Positions 11,701 through 22,390 are shown, numbered from the stretch's first letter. The stretch is 64,000 nucleotides of DNA from Lytechinus pictus (GCF_037042905.1 NC_087246.1:5458001-5522000), one strand, 5' to 3'. A program made the numbers and translations. The notes: generated from the letters alone by a model not told the origin.

Positions 11701-14700
11701 AATAATACATTTACTTCAATGAGGCTAATTATGTATTCACAAGATCATATCTCATTAACTAGATAGAATGTGCACTTTGAATGCTGTATATTATTGGTAA
11801 TATACAATATCTGAATGATTTCCCACTTTTATTTATTTTCATAGTTGCAGTTTTGGTTGATGTATCCAACAAGTGGACCAATATGAAACTAGATCAAGAA
11901 ATTCTGCTTCAACTCTACACGCATTCTCATCTTCCATCAATTCTGATTCTTAATAAGGTACATACTATTACTATTACTTCTACTTTGTCTACTACAATTA
12001 ATATGGATGAGGAAGAGGAAGGAAAAAAACAAAATAAAGGAGATATGTTCTTGTACTATAGTATGTTAGTTTGCAAGCCATTGCAAGCCATTGCAGCTCT
12101 GAAGAAGTGTTGTGGCTCAGTGGAGGAGTCTCCAGACTTTGAACCACAAGGTCCGGGGTTCAAATCCCTCCACAGCACTCGCATCCTTTGGCAAGTCGTT
12201 AATCTACATTTGCCACTCTCCACCCAGGTGTAGTAAATGGGTAGCCTGTAGGAAGGAATTCCTTGAATGCTTGAGCGCCCGATCAGAATAGCCGTGCTAA
12301 AGCTGGGGTAATAGTATGCAGCGCTTAGAAACATTTGTATTGAGCGGTCTATAAATGTTGCATATTATTAATTTTTCCAGGTCGATGCATTGAAGACCAA
12401 ACAGTCTCTGTTTGAAATCACAGAGTCTTTAACAGAAGGTGTGGTCGACGGCAGAAAATTTGTATCTCCCAGAAGAAAGGGAAAGTTCAGTAATCATATC
12501 AGAGAGAGTCTGAAAACTGAAGGGACAGAGATGACGCATGATGAGGAGGAAAATAAGTCAAGGACCGGTGAAAGGAATTTTACTCCACTCAGGAGTGATG
12601 TATTAAGAGATAGGCCAGGGTCAAAGGGCACCAGCCAATGGTCATTGGACAATTCAGCTGTGATGATGGATGATGTCCAGGAGATGAGCTTGCCAAAGTC
12701 ATCTGTCAGAGAAGATGGTAGAATTCATGTTCATGATGGATCAGGTAATGACTGTGCAGAACTTACCAGTAGCATTGCCAGCACTGACACTAATAACAAC
12801 CTGCAAACAAATAAATTTCTCATGGCAGATCATGAGGCTGATACAGTCAGTCAGGTGACAAAAGTCCCTAATTTTTACAGAACTCAAGGATGTGGAGAAC
12901 ATGGGTCAGATTATGTGACTAGTGATGCAAGTCTAGACAAAGTTGTCAACACAGTACAATCACATGACCTGGAAACGACAAAAAAAAACATCATGCAGCA
13001 GTATACAGCCAACCTTTTTGAACTCTCAGATGATACAGATGAGATAGTTGCTAGGAAACATGGACAGGGGGAGGATACAGAGAGGATAGAGGAGATGATG
13101 AAGTTGGAGACAGAGAAGGAAGAAATAGAGAGACAACGAGAGGAGAGAAGAAGGATATGGAAAATGGCCAAGGAAAAGAATGGATGGCCTGGATTCAAGG
13201 CAGTCTACATGGTGTCTGCTCTTCATGGTGAAGGTGTGCAAGATTTGAAGGTAAGCTCTAATTTGATATTTTTATGCAATTAGAACCTTAAAAAATTCAC
13301 ATGTAGCTGATTTGATTAAAAGTGATTGCAAATCAAGATATGGTCTTCAGTCATGCAAAACTTTCAAATACTTATGAAACCTCAGTCAAGTCTTGATGCT
13401 ACTGCAATAAAAGGGAAATGTTTTATAGGTCTGTTCATGATTTATGAACAACTTTATGAATGGATATCACCTTTTTTCCTTAGATGTTACAAATTCAAAA
13501 AGTTCAACCAAACTATTGATGATCCTAGTAAATTAAATCTGTTTTGTTAAAAAGCCTTGAATACACAATTTATTACTTGTCAAACTGATCAGGTTAATAT
13601 GAAATTATGTAAAAATCTGTTAAACAGCTGATAAAATGATTAATTTTGGATGTAGGACATTACTATTAATTGGTACCAGTCTCTGGTAAAGTGATGCCAA
13701 AAAAGTGTATATATGAGTGGGTCCCTGGATAGATTCCAATGTAGCCTCTTGACATCTTAGCTGAATTATATATTCATGAGGAACATCTTCCTAATGAATA
13801 TACATGAGTCATGATATTACCGGTCACCTAGTAAACCAATGAAATGTCAAAGCTGTTTCGTCTGGGGTTAATTTGAAATACTATAGTAGTCCACTATTCT
13901 GCAGAGGATTCATTTAATTGCGGAACACTAAAGGGGAAATAACCAGCAAAATGCTACAAGTAGTGGTACTACTACTACTACTTTTACTTGTACTGGCCGT
14001 AACAGACCCATCACCGCCCCGAAACTTCCCGTGAGAGACTGGTCAGCTGCTGGTCAGATTCGAGTCAAGGGAAAGCAACTGCATTCCCTCACTGCACAGC
14101 GGAGATCGATAATCGACGCATAGTGGAATCGCATGAAATATTACACTTTTTCCATATCCTGTGGGTAGATTTACAAAAACATCTTGTCCTTTCAGTGCAG
14201 ATTTAATTTCATCGACTTGCAAATCCTTAAATTGGTCAATATTCAGCATTTTAGAGGCATATCCAATGCTCTTTGATATTTCGTCGTCACTCTTCGCCAA
14301 AAATCCACGGGTCGCCATTCAAGATGAGCTCGTGAATATTCAATATGACGTCTTAGCAGCCCGCGCTCTCATTGGATGATTTTCACCGACCAGTTTTTGG
14401 TCGGAATATTGGTAAAAACAAAAAACTAAAGAAAGTCAGTAAAATTTGGCTCAGATGTCAAGAGGCCCTGTCTCGCGGCGCTCTGCTTCGCTATATCCCT
14501 TGCTTCGCCATGTTCGCTCGGAAAGCAGCCAACAGGGCCTCGACAAGAGGCTAATTCCAATGCGGATTCAGTTTTTCCATTGTTTATGTTATGTTGTTTA
14601 GTGTTTCATATTCTTATAAACTTCATGTTTTACTTTTCTGAAGGATTTCTTGTTGACCAGTGCAAAGCCAGGAGACTGGGAGTACCATGAAGATGTGGTG

Positions 14701-16827
14701 ACCAACCTTACTCCAGAGGAGATTCTTAGAGAAGCTATCAGAGAGAAACTCCTTGAGACCCTTCCTCAAGAAGTACCCTACAACATCTCACAGGCAAGTT
14801 ATATTGGAGATGATTTGATCAAAATTTAATGTGGTATAGCCACTTTGAACATTTCCAGCTTTAGACCAAAACTACTCAAATAGTTTCTGTTTCTTACCCA
14901 GGATCTATCTATTTGATGGTCAGTCTTGGACATATGCCAATTACAATATGATGAATAATATTTAGGAGTCTATATAATATTCATACCACAATATTTTAAC
15001 CAAAAAATAACAACAGAAAGAGAAGAGTATGCTTTGAATTATTCTTGTATTTTGATAAATAAGTTCAAATGGCCATAATTATGTCTTTAAACCACAAATG
15101 TAGTGCCGGTATATCATTTCTATTTTTTTTATGAAAAATCAATCTATCCTTGGCCAACGACAATAAACCTTTGGCAGCAGATTGACTGCTTCCTAAGCTA
15201 ACTGGTGCTTGTTATAGAAATAGAATGTCTCACTATAATACACTCTTATTTGACCAAGTGTAAGGATGGCCTGATGAGGTACACATTAAAATTCTGTGCT
15301 GCGTATTGTATCAGGAATCTTGCTTTAATTGTGCACTGCATCTTTTCATAGCGGCTTTCTAGCATTCCTTATTGCCTTTGTTTGATGAAATGTGAGGATT
15401 GGTAATGAAAATCTCCTTGACAGTTCCCTGCGGGAAAGAGGATGCATTAACCTGAGGAAATGATTGATGGGGATTTTTTACTTGATTGCTAAGAAAGCAT
15501 GAATGCTTGTAAGCAAGCAACCAGGGGACCGACGGCTTAAGGTCCTCTATGAAGGACCTGGTAATGAGGGTTAATTCCTCACCAAAGGGCACTAGCGCAC
15601 CAAATGGGAATCGAACCCGGGTCACCGACTGAGCTATTAACTGTTGACAAGGCTACTAAGAAAATATTTAAAGTTATTGCAATTATAATTGATAATATTA
15701 AAATGGGTTTTCTTTTTACCTTTAGTCAACTGAATTGTGGAGGACTGGTGACCATGGTGAGCTGCATATTGTCCAGACTCTCATTTGTCAAAAGAAATCT
15801 CATATGGTATGTAACCCATCAGTTTCTATAATATCAGAATCAGTCGAGTGTTATTGGCTGTTTGACATGTTATTTCATTTCATTCATTTATTATGTCCAT
15901 AAAAGAATAATTTTACTCAAAATAAACTCACAAAAGGTCATGGGACAACATTGATAATCATATGAACTTATATTGTACATTTGATGCCATCTTTGGATTG
16001 CAATGTTGGCAGCGCAATCTGGGATGATCGCTGTAGCAGCCGTTTTGATCCGTACTGACGAATGGTTTGGGTAGACGCCTTGCTCTGCCGACATGGTCTG
16101 TATTGATCCTCATTTAAACGCCATGTAGATGCCACATTGATGCCTTGTTGATAATGCATGTACAGTCATCATTGCTAATCGGGGGCAAAATTATTTTTTA
16201 CTTCCCCTGGATCATGCCGGCATGAAATTCTGGATATTGCTGTGGGATCCTTGAGGATCCGTTTCTATGTGTGACCGGGGCTTTAATTGGAAAAGTTGTG
16301 GGAAAGAGGAAATTAATGTGGTGAGATTTCATATTGTTTTCATGTTAGTTATAAAGAATATTATGTTTAAAATAACGCCTCTGCAAAACATTGTATTTCA
16401 GAGATAATATGATAGTCAAAGTAGGATTTTTTTTTTTATGTGAGAATTGTTTGGGCCAAACATTTGTGTGTATTCCCATGGATGATCTTTTGTGTGCAGG
16501 TCAGGTAACTTTGGCAGAATTCAGTATTTTTTTTTTTATTCTGGTAATTCCAAGTGTCCACACTAATACAGCATATATTGATTTTAAGTGAATCACAGTC
16601 ATCATTTCCCAACCACTTTTAGACAGTTTGTTACACATTTCATGTCTCATGACCAAAGCCAAACTGATTTTTTTTCAAATTTTCATTTTCTCTTTGTCTC
16701 ATGATTTATTTCACAGAGGATGTTAGAGAAGAAGTTGGCCTGGATTGGTCGCCAAGCAACTCAAAACCTGATGGATGCATTCCATACTGATGTCAAGCTC
16801 AGTCTCCATGTCAGATTTAAGAAGTGA
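2644..16827 (+). CDS. ERAL1: GTPase Era, mitochondrial (ERAL1), spliced gene with 11 coding exons, ~641 aa
   Basis: Exons 2644-2728, 6779-6976, 8172-8302, 8984-9061, 9603-9649, 11379-11440, 11845-11957, 12381-13250, 14644-14793, 15726-15806 and 16717-16827 join in frame (1926 nt) with consistent intron phases. Motifs: G1 GTPNSGKS, G2 VSQKVHTT, G3 DTPG, G4 NKVD, G5 VSAL, then the KH-type segment IREKLLETLPQEVPY. All are collinear with vertebrate ERAL1 as recalled. Confidence 0.95.
3322..3514. mobile_element. Hairpin MITE with TAG...CTA termini and 8-bp TSD
   Basis: ~93-bp near-perfect arms with a short loop near 3416-3420. TSD atcatgcc at 3314-3321 and 3515-3522. Confidence 0.88.
5510..6034. 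repeat. Nested inverted repeats in ERAL1 intron 1
   Basis: 5594-5777 pairs with 5878-6034, and 5510-5562 pairs with 5581-5632. Confidence 0.8.
6779..6976 (+). CDS. ERAL1: ERAL1 exon 2
   Basis: Acceptor ttatctctacag|, donor |gtaagc. Encodes (G)RLSMNSV...EFYTPVPPES, in frame with exon 3. Confidence 0.8.
7266..7994. mobile_element. MITE
   Basis: TIRs gggtggtattctgag / ctcagaataccaccc. Confidence 0.7.
8172..8302 (+). CDS. ERAL1: ERAL1 exon 3 (P-loop/G1)
   Basis: EQQSLLLARPSCQPDDSRISRVAIIGTPNSGKSTLINSLLGRR, bounded by tttag| and |gtaagt. Confidence 0.95.
8410..8572. mobile_element. Short MITE
   Basis: TIRs caggggagtgtttcat / atgaaacgctcccctg, with internal tgtccgaca/tgtcggata repeats. Confidence 0.7.
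8984..9061 (+). CDS. ERAL1: ERAL1 exon 4 (switch I/G2)
   Basis: ICAVSQKVHTTMSNALAVITNRNTQV. Long CT-rich acceptor tract, ctgcag| and |gtatgc. Confidence 0.93.
9603..9649 (+). CDS. ERAL1: ERAL1 exon 5 (G3)
   Basis: VLLDTPGLINYTQGR, bounded by tttcag| and |gtgggt. Confidence 0.93.
10175..10545. repeat. Degenerate tandem repeat, ~3 x 125-130 bp, ERAL1 intron 5
   Basis: The unit gcaaaa..gtattgattttctatt..agatcaca..tgg..attagggatta recurs at about 10179, 10312 and 10436. Confidence 0.75.
10637..11035 (+). mobile_element. tRNA-derived SINE
   Basis: A-box-like gtgtagctcagt and B-box gggttcgagtcc, followed by a non-tRNA body. Confidence 0.6.
11379..11440 (+). CDS. ERAL1: ERAL1 exon 6
   Basis: (R)HKLPRSLLVDAKNTLLESDL, bounded by tcttag| and |gtaagt. 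Confidence 0.9.
11845..11957 (+). CDS. ERAL1: ERAL1 exon 7 (to G4 NK)
   Basis: (V)AVLVDVSNKWTNMKLDQEILLQLYTHSHLPSILILNK, bounded by ttcatag| and |gtacat. Confidence 0.93.
12101..12370 (+). mobile_element. tRNA-derived SINE in ERAL1 intron 7
   Basis: A-box tgtggctcagtgg, B-box ggttcaaatcc, core ctctccacccaggtgta..aaatgggta, and tail ataaatgttgcatattatta. Confidence 0.75.
12381..13250 (+). CDS. ERAL1: ERAL1 exon 8 (G4 VD, long insertion, G5)
   Basis: 870-nt open exon VDALKTKQSLFEITESLTEGVVDGRK...GWPGFKAVYMVSALHGEGVQDLK, bounded by ttccag| and |gtaagc. Confidence 0.92.
13742..14553 (-). mobile_element. Non-autonomous Academ (AcademH-like) element with RecQ-type helicase fragment
   Basis: TIR tagcctcttg / caagaggcta. 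Perfect 9-bp TSD attccaatg at 13733-13741 and 14554-14562. Internal ORF 14318-14043 has FKDLQ...GQDVFVNLPTGYGKSVIF (RecQ-type motif 0 and Walker A). Confidence 0.85.
14644..14793 (+). CDS. ERAL1: ERAL1 exon 9 (start of KH domain; GC donor)
   Basis: DFLLTSAKPGDWEYHEDVVTNLTPEEILREAIREKLLETLPQEVPYNISQ, ending CAG|gcaagt. Confidence 0.92.
15470..15636 (-). mobile_element. tRNA-derived SINE (Meta-core-like)
   Basis: Minus strand has B-box cgggttcgattcc, then ggaccttaagccgtcggtccc, resembling the MetaSINE core as recalled. Confidence 0.6.
15726..15806 (+). CDS. ERAL1: ERAL1 exon 10
   Basis: STELWRTGDHGELHIVQTLICQKKSHM, bounded by ttttag| and |gtatgt. Confidence 0.88.
16717..16827 (+). CDS. ERAL1: ERAL1 exon 11 (last coding exon)
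   Basis: RMLEKKLAWIGRQATQNLMDAFHTDVKLSLHVRFKK* after a ttcacag| acceptor. The C-terminus resembles the ERAL1 DLMDIF..DV..RL.V end. Confidence 0.88.
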   Translation, partial: RMLEKKLAWIGRQATQNLMDAFHTDVKLSLHVRFKK

Positions 16828-16899
16828 AGTCTATCAACTTTATTTATAGTAGTTACAATATAAATCTGTATTGCCTTTATATACAGTTCAATATCCTGT

Positions 16900-17395
16900 A
16901 AGAGGAACTTCACCCTGTCAAACATTTCATTGTAAAAATAGAAGAAAAAATATTGCTGATGGTTTGAGAAAAGTCCATCAAAGAACTAAAAAGTTATTAG
17001 AATTTTTATTATGAGATTTGCGACGTCATATGCAAGCAGCTTTCCTACATATCATATGGTTTTAAAAAAATCAATGAAATGTAAAATTCTCAGAAAATTG
17101 AAAATGGTTTTGAAGGGTACTGTCAGTATATGAATAGACCAATCATTTTACACCCTTTCCTAAAAGGAAAACAAAAATAAGTCATCATGAACCATAAAAA
17201 AATTAGAAATTTATGCATTTTATATTCTTTAATAACATATGGGGCAGCTGCTCATTTATGACGTCACAAATCCAAAACTTCAAATTCTTTCAAGCAATCT
17301 TTAAAGAATTCTCATCAAACTTTCATGAAATATTTACTAATTATTATTCTGCTATTTTTACAACAAACTTTTTTTATGGGGTGAACTTTCCCTTC
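16900..17395. mobile_element. Degenerate Kolobok-type MITE downstream of the ERAL1 stop
   Basis: Imperfect TIRs agaggaacttcaccc / gggtgaactttccct. Internal layout resembles the 26741-27334 element. Confidence 0.55.
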
Positions 17396-17989
17396 AAGTT
17401 GAAATCTTGGGTCCACAGAAATCTGTTTTGCTTAGGCATAATTAGATTCAAAAGATGTGAATACATGTAGTTCATGTCTTGCTCAATCTGGTCAGATAAA
17501 TTGCTTTCATTTAATCCATTATTTTACTTGAAGAGAGTAGGTAGACTTATGAAGGCTCGACTGTATTATTATTATCATTTTTTATTCGTAGAATTTTTTT
17601 TTAAAGTAAAGTATGCACACCATGAGCACAAAGCACTGGAAGTTTCTGGGGTTCTAGATGGTCTCTTATTCACACCTATTATAGGGATCTTCTTCCCAAA
17701 ATTTTAGCTCAAATTTTGAGGTTATTTATTAAAAGTAGTCTTCTCACTATACATACTATACTGTTAACAAGTCAAAGAACAAATAACACGGAATGAGAGT
17801 TGGAGGCAAAGTTTCATATATTTCAGCATTTCCCTTGCTCGATTTGGATGCTTCTGAAAAAATAGCATAAACACCATGAATGACAGTATCTACATCTCTA
17901 TATTATGAACATTAGGGGTGTTTTTCTGGGGACGAAGGAGCAGCGAAGCGCCCGGTGACTCAAGCGTGAACGTGGGGTATCGTCCCTTC

Positions 17990-18780
17990 ACTTCAAGTCT
18001 TGCTGAAGTAACTGCCCCAGGTCAACAAATTCCCCCTTCCATATTCTTTCTGAGATATTTCAACAAACTCCACTGTGAATTGAGAGTTCAAAACATCAAG
18101 ATCCTCAGATACTTTATCATAGTTGGCTTTAGTGCAGTAGATTAAGATTTTATGCTTTGGGTTCTTTATTAGTCTAATCAAAGCATTCACAAAAACGATG
18201 TCATGATCACTGATGCCTGGTTGACTTGCAGACCATCTACGAATGCTGGGTTATTCATGAAGCACAAATCCAAAAGGCTCTGTTCTCTTGTTGGCCTATC
18301 AGCATTTTAATAAAGATTATGGTCCAGGGTGATGTTGACCATCATTTTGCTTGGCCCAGGGTATCTTCCACTTGGAAACAAGCAGCTGGAGGTCCAATCA
18401 ACATCTGGCATGTTGATGTCTCCAAGCAACCAAACAGAGGCATGGTCACAAATTTTCTCTAAGGACGTATACAGACAATGCATGTAATCGATTCCAGACT
18501 TGTGGGACTGGTAGCATGCACCAATAAAAACTGGTGCAACTCCCTTCACATGGAGGTTAATTCATATCATTTCACATTCATTCTGGTTAAGATCATATTC
18601 TTCCTGAGCTATCAAAGTGTCTTTAACCACTATGAAGACATCCCCATGTATATCTCCAGGGATGCAACAGTCTTTCCGAGAGACCTGAAAGTTGGATGCA
18701 AATATTTCTCCTGTCGCGATGTTATGATGCAACCAAGATACAGTGCCCACCACTGCATCAGGATTTCCTCCTGCAGAAGG
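17990..18780 (-). mobile_element. CR1-type LINE relic (APE endonuclease region)
   Basis: Broken frames GTVSWL..., VSRKD...GDVFIVVK, IGACY, WLLGDINMPDVDW and SDHDIV. Stops and frameshifts are present. Confidence 0.8.
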
Positions 18781-18811
18781 TTTTGAAGAGATACAAGAAA
18801 AATTTTCTTAC

Positions 18812-21800
18812 CTCATTCCACATATTTTTTATGGCATTTGAGGAACGTCTCTTAGCAGGTAGTTGCTGAAGCTGCGTGTAGAACTTTTTTGCAGTGTTCG
18901 GCTTGTGCAACATGAAATCAGCAATCTCCTCTGCATCTCTGGATGTTAGATTCATATTTGCGTATTTTAGATTGAATGAATTCAAAACATACACATTTAT
19001 TTCAAGCAGCTCACTTTGCTGCTAGGTCCAGATTACATAAAATCACCAATAGACTTAACAATTCGTTCATAAGTTCATAAAATTTATTTCAACTTTCGTA
19101 CATGTACATAAAAGATGTCAAAGACACCATTACAGAGTAAAATCACATAACATCAGAATACAAAGCAGAAAAAAAGCTTAAAAATTCAAAAGGTGATATT
19201 TCATTGATCGCAAAATCAGGCGAGACTCTGTTTCACAAGCCACCATGTTGTGATCATATATGTATAATCAAAATTACAAATACTCATAATAAAACAATCA
19301 CAATGTATGTGTTGGAACCTGTCTATAGTGGCCACCCAAGCTGCCACACAATCTTCCTCCAAGGGAAATTGGTTTTATTGGTCATTATCAAGACAGGTGA
19401 CCACTATAGACAGGTGGACACTAACACAAGTTTGACTCTAAAATGATATGGGAGTCTTTGTGCTTTCCACATTCTTGACATGGTTTGGCCAGAGTTGGAA
19501 AAAAGGGACCCATTCTTCTCAAGGAAGAATGGTTCTCTGTCCCCTCTTTTCCTCTTTCCAAATCCTGGTGTAAAGCTCCTAAACTCCATATAAGCCTCGA
19601 GAAGACTCTGGGCGTAATTGTCTATGATAATGTGAGCCGCCCCATGCGTGCAATAGGTCTTGTGCTCCTTGACCTGTTGAATATAAGCAAATCATTCCTC
19701 TGTCAGCAATAAAAAAAGCCAAAATCTTATAGGTTGTTTGATCAATACCATCTGTAAAAATTGATTAGAATGGATATTTTGTCAGAATGGGCTGTAATAC
19801 CTCGGTCACATTTGCTCTACGACGTGTCGAAAACAGCTGTTTTATTCATTTTTTTTTTCAAACCACTCGAACTTAAACTTGAAAACATCTGTTTTCGACT
19901 TGCCATATGGCCGCCTTAGAGCAAATGTGACCAAGGTATAAGTGGTCATATCCCACCTTAAATTTCCTTATTTTCCAACATTCGTTTCACATTTATATCA
20001 TAATTGTATATATTAAAATAGTAAACTCCTATGTCTTATACTTGAATGTTCATAAGAAAAGGCGACTTTGCTATATGGTACATGTCAAAATTGGACCACA
20101 AATATGGAAAGTTTATAGCAACACCAACACATTCCAAAGCCTTTAAGAGGGGAATTGTGTCAAATCACCAGGGCATTTGTAACATTGGCCCTTGATCAGA
20201 TGTAAAAAAGAGGAAATGTTTATTTCAAGATCACCAAGTCAACATTGATGCAATATTAAATTGCATAGTAAATGTGGGCAAGACTGGTTGAGACATTCCC
20301 CTTATTGCTGATTGGATGTATCAAATGAAAATATATCAATCAATTTAAATCAAACAATTTAAACTTTGAAATTTGAAGAAGGACCTCAAGTAAATTTTGC
20401 ACTTCACAAGAATAATGTTAGAAAATTGAATTAGTATGTAAAGCAAAAAAGGGTGAATTATTCTTTTCTGATATACCTTAATTTATAATGTTTTGTCAAC
20501 AGTTTTTCCATTCTGAACCTCTGATAAGTGAAGGGTGCTGCATATTCCTCCCCATCCAGCATTTTGCAGCTCTATCTCAACTAGAAGAGCATTTCTGACA
20601 GGCCTTACTACCTGTTCCCAACTCTCACACTCTTCTCCGTTGTACTTCTATGTAGAGAATGTAAGCAAACGTGTAAATCGATAAGAGAAGGGTGCTGCAT
20701 ATTTCCCCCGTCCAGCGTTTTGCAGCTCTATCTCAACTAGAAGAGCATTTCTGACAGGCCTTACTACCTGTTCCCAACTCTCACACTCTTCTCCGTTGTA
20801 CTTCTCTGTAGAGAATGTAAGCAAACGTGTAAATCGATAAGAGAAGGGTGCTGCATATTCCCCCCCCCCCCTCCCCATCCAGCGTTTTGCAGCTCTATCT
20901 CAACTAGAAGAGCATTTCTGACAGGCCTTACTACCTGTTCCCAACTCTCACACTCTTCTCCGTTGTACTTCTATGTAGAGAATGTAAGCAAACGTGTAAA
21001 TCGATAAGAGAAGGGTGCTGCATATTTCCCCCGTCCAGCGTTTTGCAGCTCTATCTCAACTAGAAGAGCATTTCTGACAGGCCTTACTACCTGTTCCCAA
21101 CTCTCACACTCTTCTCCGTTGTACTTCTCTGTAGAGAATGTAAGCAAACGTGTAAATCGATAAGAGAAGGGTGCTGCATATTCCCCCCCCCCCTCCCCAT
21201 CCAGCGTTTTGCAGCTCTATCTCAACTAGAAGAGCATTTCTGACAGGCCTTACTACCTGTTCCCAACTCTCACACTCTTCTCCGTTGTACTTCTATGTAG
21301 AGAATGTAAGCAAACGTGTAAATCGATAAGAGAAGGGTGCTGCATATTTCCCCCGTCCAGCGTTTTGCAGCTCTATCTCAACTAGAAGAGCATTTCTGAC
21401 AGGCCTTACTACCTGTTCCCAACTCTCACACTCTTCTCCGTTGTACTTCTCTGTAGAGAATGTAAGCAAACGTGTAAATCGATAAGAGAAGGGTGCTGCA
21501 TATTCCCCCCCCCCCCTCCCCATCCAGCGTTTTGCAGCTCTATCTCAACTAGAAGAGCATTTCTGACAGGCCTTACTACCTGTTCCCAACTCTCACACTC
21601 TTCTCCGTTGTACTTCTATGTAGAGAATGTAAGCAAACGTGTAAATCGATAAGAGAAGGGTGCTGCATATTCCCCCCCCCCCCCATCCAGCGTTTTGCAG
21701 CTCTATCTCAACTAGAAGAGCATTTCTGACAGGCCTTACTACCTGTTCCCAACTCTCACACTCTTCTCCGTTGTACTTCTATGTAGAGAATGTAAGCAAA

Positions 21801-22390
21801 CGTGTAAATCGATAAGAGAAGGGTGCTGCATATTCCTCCCCATCCAGCATTTTGCAGCTCTATCTCCACTAGCAGAGTGTTTCTAATGGGCCTCACAACT
21901 TGCTCCCAGCTTTTGCTTTCTTCTTCGTTGTACTTCTCTGCTGTACTTCTCTGCAGCGAATGTATTCAAAGGTGTAAATCAAAATTTAAACAATTATTGA
22001 TTGCTGCAATAATTGGAAAGGAGAAAATGATACCAAGGATATAGAAACATGTATATCTGCTAAGACACTTGATTGTAACATATTAATTGACAGTTAGGTT
22101 TGCAAAGCCAGAATAGAGTCTTTAGGCATTCTGAGCCATAAGGCGCATAACCTGCTTGAAATCCTCCCTAATACCAGAGATCAGCCGACCGACATCCTCT
22201 AATAGATAGGGGTGTTGGTCGGTGTGTTGGGTATAAATAACATATTTAATGCATCTTTCTTGAGCAAGAACCAAGCAGTGGGGACATGTGCCAGGTTGAA
22301 GCAAAGCACCAGCCCTGAAACCCCGATATAGGCATTCCTGACCTGAACGCAACCATCCACATGTTGAGGTCTTAGAAGTCACCTGAAAAT
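18812..22390 (-). pseudogene. Crypton-like tyrosine recombinase relic (spliced, disrupted)
   Basis: Collinear YR motifs on the - strand: possible core-binding segment LQPGT..CL.L....IKYV (~22300); VRNALLVEIELQNAG(R/W)GGICSTL (catalytic Arg box, 20490-21955); QVKEHKTYCTHGAAHI and EPFFLEKNG (19440-19701); IADFMLHKPNTAKKFY (catalytic His and Tyr, ~18880-18930). Confidence 0.72.
20528..21980. repeat. Tandem array of ~9 units of 156-167 bp with a 322-323-bp dimeric higher-order repeat
   Basis: Units start at about 20528, 20685, 20841, 21008, 21164, 21330, 21486, 21653 and 21816. Short and long poly-C variants alternate, and the last unit is diverged. Confidence 0.95.

Noticed and set aside
14043..14318. 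Host RecQ/BLM/WRN helicase gene
   Set aside because: Only the motif 0/I fragment is present, and it lies between TIRs with a TSD, so it is transposon-derived.
20528..21980. CRISPR-like array
   Set aside because: Units are repeated in full with no unique spacers, there are no cas genes, and the context is eukaryotic.
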